From positions 1,310-65,309 of the forward strand of contig CAYZYT010000012.1 of assembly GCA_964482725.1 (NCBI GenBank): a stretch of DNA of 64,000 bases, written 5' to 3'. Below are positions 58,950 to 64,000 of this stretch, in pieces; the stretch's first letter is position 1; each line of letters opens with the position of its first letter. The stretch comes from an uncultured bacterium (GTDB lineage Bacteria; Omnitrophota; Omnitrophia; Omnitrophales; Aquincolibacteriaceae). Below the pieces are notes generated by a model that saw nothing but the letters and a program-made list of their open reading frames with translations, ran no database searches and was not told the origin of the DNA. Position numbers and translations under genes: made by a program.

Positions 58950-59404
58950 GACACGCTGTCTTCCTTGCCATCGTGGTAGATAAAAAAGATGGCATTCAAT
59001 ATCTCAGAGAGCCGGGCGAGGAAAACCTGAGGAATGCGGCCCGTCATTTTCCGGACGTCATCAAGGACGGGGCTACTCATAGGATCCGCCATAGCCACAT
59101 AAACCCTCTTGGAGTCACAATCAAAGGCGACCACGGAATTTTTATGGCAAAAATCAGCAGTGAGCATCGCGGCCATATCGGGATTGATGGAGTAATTCTT
59201 GAGAGGAAGATAAGGAATTTTAAATTGCTTGCCTAAAGCACCAATGAGGGACTCCTCATCCACGAATTTTTTTTCAATAAGAATCTGCCCGATCAAGCCG
59301 CCTTTTTCCTCCTGATAGGCAAGAGCCTCCTCCAGATGGACTTTGGACAAAAGCCCATCCTCGATCAAGATCTCCCCGATCTTTCTCTTTATTTTTAGAT
59401 CCAT
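58946..59404 (-). CDS. Stand-alone MshEN/GspE N-terminal domain protein
   Basis: KIGEILIEDGLLSKVHLEEALAYQ...LIGQILIE tandem MshEN-like motif and VAMADP; no ATPase domain. Confidence 0.8.
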   Translation of the reverse strand: MDLKIKRKIGEILIEDGLLSKVHLEEALAYQEEKGGLIGQILIEKKFVDEESLIGALGKQFKIPYLPLKNYSINPDMAAMLTADFCHKNSVVAFDCDSKRVYVAMADPMSSPVLDDVRKMTGRIPQVFLARLSEILNAIFFIYHDGKEDSVS

Positions 59405-59503
59405 TTCGCCCCTTGTTTCTTTCGCTTATCTATAAGTAACGGCACAAGTTGCAAAGAATTTTGCATTTTTTCAGGCACATGGCAACAGCCCCAGAACGGT
59501 GGG

Positions 59504-60187
59504 TCAAAAAAAATCCCGGAGAGGACACCCCTCGCACCGGGGAACTTTCCGGCAATGATCCTTCCCCGTCCGGACGATCTGAGCATGGAAATCATTATAA
59601 AGATCCCGGTTTTCCGGCAAGGCCCTTGTAAAGAGCTCCCGCCAGCGCTCATAAGGCTCAAAGTCCTTCGCCAATCCGTGTCTTGAAAAGATCCTCTTCG
59701 TGTAGGCATCGATCACAAACGACGTCTTGTCCAGCGCGTAGAGCAGGATAGAATCTGCCGTCTCAGGACCCACCCCTTTCACGGCGAGAAGTTTTTCCCG
59801 AAGCGCGGGCATCGCTTCCCGTTTCAATTTCGAAAGATCGCCCCCACACTCCCGCTCCAGAAATTCCATGAAGCATTTTAACCGGTCCGCCTTGACATTA
59901 AAATAGCCCGCGGGCCGGATCAGCCTCGCCAGATCCTTTTTCGGAATTCTTCGGAGGCCCTCAAACGAAAGCTTCTTGGCCTTTTTCAGATTCAAGATCG
60001 CTTTCTCAACATTCGTCCAGGCCGTATTCTGCGTAAGGATCGCCCCGACCATGATCTCAAAAGGCGTATCCCCCGGCCACCATTGCTGATGTCCGAAAGT
60101 TTTCCGCAGCACCGCATAAATCCGTGGAAGTTGCGAGGCTTTGAGTTTACGCTTTTTTTGACAACGGATAGGTTTTAAGGATCTCAT
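59504..60187 (-). CDS. Endonuclease III-related HhH-GPD protein
   Basis: WWPGDTPFE, GAILTQNTAW, GVGPETADSILLYA motifs and C-terminal Cys cluster; start uncertain. Confidence 0.88.
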   Translation of the reverse strand: MRSLKPIRCQKKRKLKASQLPRIYAVLRKTFGHQQWWPGDTPFEIMVGAILTQNTAWTNVEKAILNLKKAKKLSFEGLRRIPKKDLARLIRPAGYFNVKADRLKCFMEFLERECGGDLSKLKREAMPALREKLLAVKGVGPETADSILLYALDKTSFVIDAYTKRIFSRHGLAKDFEPYERWRELFTRALPENRDLYNDFHAQIVRTGKDHCRKVPRCEGCPLRDFF

Positions 60188-60740
60188 AACGAACGCCTTC
60201 CGGAAGATTGTAACTTTGGTAGAGCGCGAAATGATCGGCGGTTTTTTCCGGAGTCGGCCCTGGGAACGAGACCTTGCCCAAAAGCGGCCCCAGATCCTGG
60301 CTCTTCCACTTCACACGACCGATCGTCAGATGCGGCAGGAACGGCCTTGCCTCAGACTTAAACCCAAGCGTCCGGATCTCCCCCTGGATCGCCTTCTGCA
60401 AAGAGAGCAGCCGGCCGGTAGGCTCCTCGACCCCGATCCAAACAATATCCGGCCTTTGAAGACTTGGGAATCCGCCGATCTTGTTCAGACTTAGTTTGAG
60501 CGGCGAAAAAAGCGAGGCTATTTTTTTTGAAGAAAGATGGATTGGCTCGATCTCTTTTTTGGGAACGGGCCCGAAAAAGTGGAGCGTTAGATGGACTTGC
60601 CGGGGCTCGACCCACCGGACACCGGGGATCTCTCGGCGAAGCGGGCACAGAACATTTTCTATTTCTTGCTGGAAGATCTCATGGAGCGGGATCGCGAGAA
60701 ATACCCGCGAGGGAGCCAGTTTTAACGGATCTTCCGCCAT
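60147..60740 (-). CDS. thpR: RNA 2',3'-cyclic phosphodiesterase
   Basis: Two HxT motifs (HLTL, PHLTIGR); follows cinA. Confidence 0.9.
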   Translation of the reverse strand: MAEDPLKLAPSRVFLAIPLHEIFQQEIENVLCPLRREIPGVRWVEPRQVHLTLHFFGPVPKKEIEPIHLSSKKIASLFSPLKLSLNKIGGFPSLQRPDIVWIGVEEPTGRLLSLQKAIQGEIRTLGFKSEARPFLPHLTIGRVKWKSQDLGPLLGKVSFPGPTPEKTADHFALYQSYNLPEGVRYEILKTYPLSKKA

Positions 60741-61942
60741 AGATATTCAAGCGCTTTCGTCGCGGCCTTGTCCTGGACCTGATGACGCTCTCCCCAGAAA
60801 ATATGTTTCCAGGTCCGGACCGTTCCGTCGGGAGACGCGAGGCCGATATAAACAAGACCGACCGGTTTCTTGGAATTACCGCCGCCAGGCCCGGCGATCC
60901 CGGTGAGACCGATCCCATAGTCGGACTCCATCCGGCTGCGAACCGACTTCGCGAGCTGGAGGGCGACCGGGGCTGAAACTTCCCCATGCTCCTTGAGGGT
61001 CTTTTCAGAAACGCCGAGTTTCTTTTTGACGGACGCGTGATAAGCCACCGTGGCCCCTGTAAAAAAATCACTTGCTCCGGAATGCGCTGTAAGGCGTGAA
61101 GCCAAAAGCCCTCCGGTGCAACTTTCCGCGACCGCAAGCGTTTGCTTTTTTTTCGCCAGGATCTTTCCGATCACAACGGTCAGAGGCGTTTCATCCCAAC
61201 CGTAGATCCGGTCGCTAAGACGGGTCGTGATCTTTTTTTTAAGCCGAGCGAGCACATCGGCTTTATCCGCAAGAAGGCGGATCGCGATCTCGCCGGCTGA
61301 AGGATAGATCCCGAAATCGAACGAGTCGTCAAAAAAATCTTTCCCGAGCCTTTTCATCACCTCCGGCTCCGAAATGCCCGCCATTCTCACGATCAGCTTC
61401 CTGCTCTTGAAAAGATTCCCATATTTTTTTTTCAGAAGCGGCAGGACCACATCAAAATACATGTTCGTAAGCTCCGAAGGAACACCCGGAAGCGCGATCA
61501 CGATCTTTTGCCCCGTTTCGATCGAAAATCCGAGCGCGATCCCAAAACGGTTGATAAGGGGTTTCGCGTTCTCGGGATAAAAGGCTTCGCGCTTCACGAG
61601 GGCTGGCACGCGTTGGCCGAAACGTCTGTAAACCTTCTCGAGACGGCGGTACTGCTGGGGTGAAAAAACAAGCGGGACCTTAAAGTGCGCGGCAATGCCT
61701 TCGCGGGTAACATCATCGGGGGTCGGACCCAGCCCCCCCATCATAATGACCAGATCGACGCGCCGGAGCACTTCGCCAAGCCGGAAACGGATTGCTTCCT
61801 GCGAATCCGCGCAAACACCGTGAGAGATGACCTCGAACCCAAGCCCCGAAAGCTCACGGCCGAGGAACGCGGCGTTCGTGTTGACCACGCTTCCGCGCAA
61901 AACTTCATTACCGACCGAAAGAATAGCCGCGGTAAGCTTCAT
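60722..61942 (-). CDS. cinA: Competence/damage-inducible protein A (NMN deamidase)
   Basis: GGLGPTPDDVT, LPGVPSE, AESCTGG and TGIAGPGGG motifs. Confidence 0.95.
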   Translation of the reverse strand: MKLTAAILSVGNEVLRGSVVNTNAAFLGRELSGLGFEVISHGVCADSQEAIRFRLGEVLRRVDLVIMMGGLGPTPDDVTREGIAAHFKVPLVFSPQQYRRLEKVYRRFGQRVPALVKREAFYPENAKPLINRFGIALGFSIETGQKIVIALPGVPSELTNMYFDVVLPLLKKKYGNLFKSRKLIVRMAGISEPEVMKRLGKDFFDDSFDFGIYPSAGEIAIRLLADKADVLARLKKKITTRLSDRIYGWDETPLTVVIGKILAKKKQTLAVAESCTGGLLASRLTAHSGASDFFTGATVAYHASVKKKLGVSEKTLKEHGEVSAPVALQLAKSVRSRMESDYGIGLTGIAGPGGGNSKKPVGLVYIGLASPDGTVRTWKHIFWGERHQVQDKAATKALEYLWRKIR

Positions 61943-62952
61943 TTAAAGATCACAAACAAAATGATCCAGGCATAAAGCCCGGCACCCAGATCGTCGGCCA
62001 TGATGCCCCAATAGCGAGGAATACGCTCAAACGACCGCAACGGGAACGGTTTGAAAACGTCAAAAGCGCGGAAAAGCACAAAACCCAGGATCGCGGAAGA
62101 CCAGGTCAACGGGATCAGCATAAATGTCACAAAAATGCCGCAGACCTCATCGATCACGATATATTGCGGGTCCGGATCCGGATCCGTGATCCGCCCATAA
62201 GCCAAAGCTCCCCACACGAGCAAAAACACAAAAACCGCCCCGTAAAGCCCATCGCTCCACCGGGTCAGGAAAACCAGCAAAACACCCAGCAAACTTCCCC
62301 ACGTTCCGGGAGCTTTTGGCAGTAGGCCCACGCCCACGGCGAGAATAAATCGATTGAATTCTTCAGAGGCAAAATGAGCCCGTTGATTCCAGAGGAATAG
62401 GCCTCCGGAGACAAGCGTCAGCGCAACCGTCGTGATCAAAAGGACCGGAAGAAGATAGTGGAGGATAGCCGTCACCGCATCAAAAGAAGGATAAGGATTC
62501 AACAGCAAATAGGCAAAGGCGATCCACACCGTGACCGTCTGAAAACCAAATTTCAGTTTTCCCATCATCTCCGCCCCCAAAGACTTCCCGCCGAGAAGCC
62601 AGCCCGTCCGGCAGAATGTCACCAGGATCTCACGGATAAAGATCGGAACCACCCACCAGATAGAATAAAAGTGGATGTACGCGAAGGCGGCCATCGGGGC
62701 CAGGATCAGGATCTTGTCATTAAAAGGATCGATCCAGCGGCCAAAAGCAGATTCCATTTTGTACTGCCGTGCGATCCAGCCATCGAAATAATCCGTGATC
62801 GCGCCCACCATGAACAGAATAAAAGCCCAGAGATGGCCCGAGTGACTTGGCCGCAGGATCAGGAACGGCAGGGAAAGTCCGATCAGACCCCGCGCGATGC
62901 TCAGCACGTTCGGATTCAGAAGGGAATATTTATATTTGGCCCACGAGGTCAT
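61939..62952 (-). CDS. Fusion of CDP-alcohol phosphatidyltransferase (PgsA-like) and phosphatidylglycerophosphatase A
   Basis: N-half DYFDGWIAR...FGRWIDPFNDK; C-half PKAPGTWGS, DPQYIVIDEV, FRAFDVFKP and GIMADD. Confidence 0.88.
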   Translation of the reverse strand: MTSWAKYKYSLLNPNVLSIARGLIGLSLPFLILRPSHSGHLWAFILFMVGAITDYFDGWIARQYKMESAFGRWIDPFNDKILILAPMAAFAYIHFYSIWWVVPIFIREILVTFCRTGWLLGGKSLGAEMMGKLKFGFQTVTVWIAFAYLLLNPYPSFDAVTAILHYLLPVLLITTVALTLVSGGLFLWNQRAHFASEEFNRFILAVGVGLLPKAPGTWGSLLGVLLVFLTRWSDGLYGAVFVFLLVWGALAYGRITDPDPDPQYIVIDEVCGIFVTFMLIPLTWSSAILGFVLFRAFDVFKPFPLRSFERIPRYWGIMADDLGAGLYAWIILFVIFK

Positions 62953-64000
62953 AGTCTTGAGTATCCGTGATCTTAACCGTGTAAAACTTCCCGGCCGTTA
63001 TTTCTTTTTTCGTTCGAATAAGAACACTGCCATCCACTTCCGGCGCGTCCATGGCGGAACGTCCGGTCCACAGGCTCGGATCTTTCTCATCTTGCGTTTC
63101 AACCAACACCCGGAGCTCCTTGCCAAGGTAACGCCGATTGACTTCCCGAGCGATCTCCTGTTGCACCTGCATGGCCCGGTGGAACCGCTCCTCTTTGATC
63201 TTTTCGGGGACCTGATCGGGGAACTCGGCTGACGCGGAACCCTCTTCCTGGGAATAGCGGAAGATCCCGAGACGTTCGAATTTCATCTCGCGCATGAACG
63301 TCAGAAGCTCTTCGAAATCCTGGTCCGTCTCGCCCGGAAAACCCACGATAAAAGTCGTCCGGATCACTACCTCGGGGATCATGGCCCGTAATTTTTGGAT
63401 GAGCTCCACGATCTCTTCCTTCGTAGTCCCCCGCCGCATCGCTTTCAGTATTTTATCACTAATATGCTGAAGCGGTAAGTCTATGTAGCGGCAGATCTTT
63501 CGGGACGCGCCCATCGCCCGGATCATTTCTTCCGTCAGCGTCGAGGGATATGTATAAAGAAGCCGTATCCATTTGAGGTCCCGGACGGCGCCGAGCCCCT
63601 CCAGAAGTTGCGGCAGAAGCGACTTACCGGCGTAATCCCATCCGAATCGCGTGATGTCCTGACCGATCACGACGATTTCCTTCGCGCCCTCCTCGACCAA
63701 TTGCTTCGCTTCCTGGACGAGATCCGCGATATGACGGGAACGGTAGCGGCCGCGAAGCTTGGGGATCACACAAAAGGAACACGCATGATCGCATCCCTCC
63801 GAGATCTTAAGATAGCGGGAATGTTTGGGCGTCAAGGCGATGCGCGTTTCGTCCGCCCCGGCCAGATAACCAGCCTTATGGACACTCACAAATTTCTGCC
63901 TGTCCGTTACCTTCTTCAGGACCTCCGCGATCCGCATATAATCCCCGGAACCGATGAATGCGTCGACTTCGGGGAATTCCTTCTGCAGTTCTTCCGCGTA
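62930..64000 (-). CDS. rimO: Ribosomal protein S12 methylthiotransferase, 3' part (begins beyond the window)
   Basis: YLKISEGCDHACSFC radical SAM motif, RLLYTYP, and TRAM domain with DAPEVDG; frame is open to the window end. Confidence 0.93.
   Translation of the reverse strand, partial: YAEELQKEFPEVDAFIGSGDYMRIAEVLKKVTDRQKFVSVHKAGYLAGADETRIALTPKHSRYLKISEGCDHACSFCVIPKLRGRYRSRHIADLVQEAKQLVEEGAKEIVVIGQDITRFGWDYAGKSLLPQLLEGLGAVRDLKWIRLLYTYPSTLTEEMIRAMGASRKICRYIDLPLQHISDKILKAMRRGTTKEEIVELIQKLRAMIPEVVIRTTFIVGFPGETDQDFEELLTFMREMKFERLGIFRYSQEEGSASAEFPDQVPEKIKEERFHRAMQVQQEIAREVNRRYLGKELRVLVETQDEKDPSLWTGRSAMDAPEVDGSVLIRTKKEITAGKFYTVKITDTQDYDLVGQI

Noticed and set aside
68-63232. Numerous plus-strand ORFs, e.g. 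11397..13082, 13560..14828, 17537..18745, 46913..47950
   Set aside because: They are antisense shadows of well-supported minus-strand genes and have no recognisable motifs.

Overview
Bacterial chromosomal window in which every gene I can call lies on the minus strand. The giant secreted protein, diderm secretion genes and type IV pilus cluster suggest Omnitrophota/PVC, but that is inference only. Most of the window is housekeeping: gltB, heptose/pfkA/acc/aroQ genes, thrS-infC-rpmI-rplT-pheST, rarA, def, cca, rmuC, rne/rng, a pilBBC-pilA-pilMNOPQ cluster and rimO-pgsA/pgpA-cinA-thpR. It also holds tRNA-Gly, tRNA-Asp and tRNA-Val, and a ~6.3 kb integrase-less island at tRNA-Gly carrying two autotransporter-type adhesins. 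The standout is a 3100-aa gene (17726..27028). Its middle ~1800 aa form an in-frame array of 12 modules (10 distinct) separated by 13 copies of R[AS]ExR. That motif is conserved at synonymous positions (consensus CGC-KCC-GAG-NNN-AGG, imperfectly palindromic), and tandem duplications break inside it. This is a candidate cassette-shuffling and/or self-processing polyprotein system. Other unexplained signals are a promoter-to-terminator small RNA just downstream of the giant gene, a structured element attached to duplicated tRNA 3' ends, tRNA copies disrupted by micro-palindromes, and several repeat families. All family assignments come from motif recognition by eye; no searches were run.
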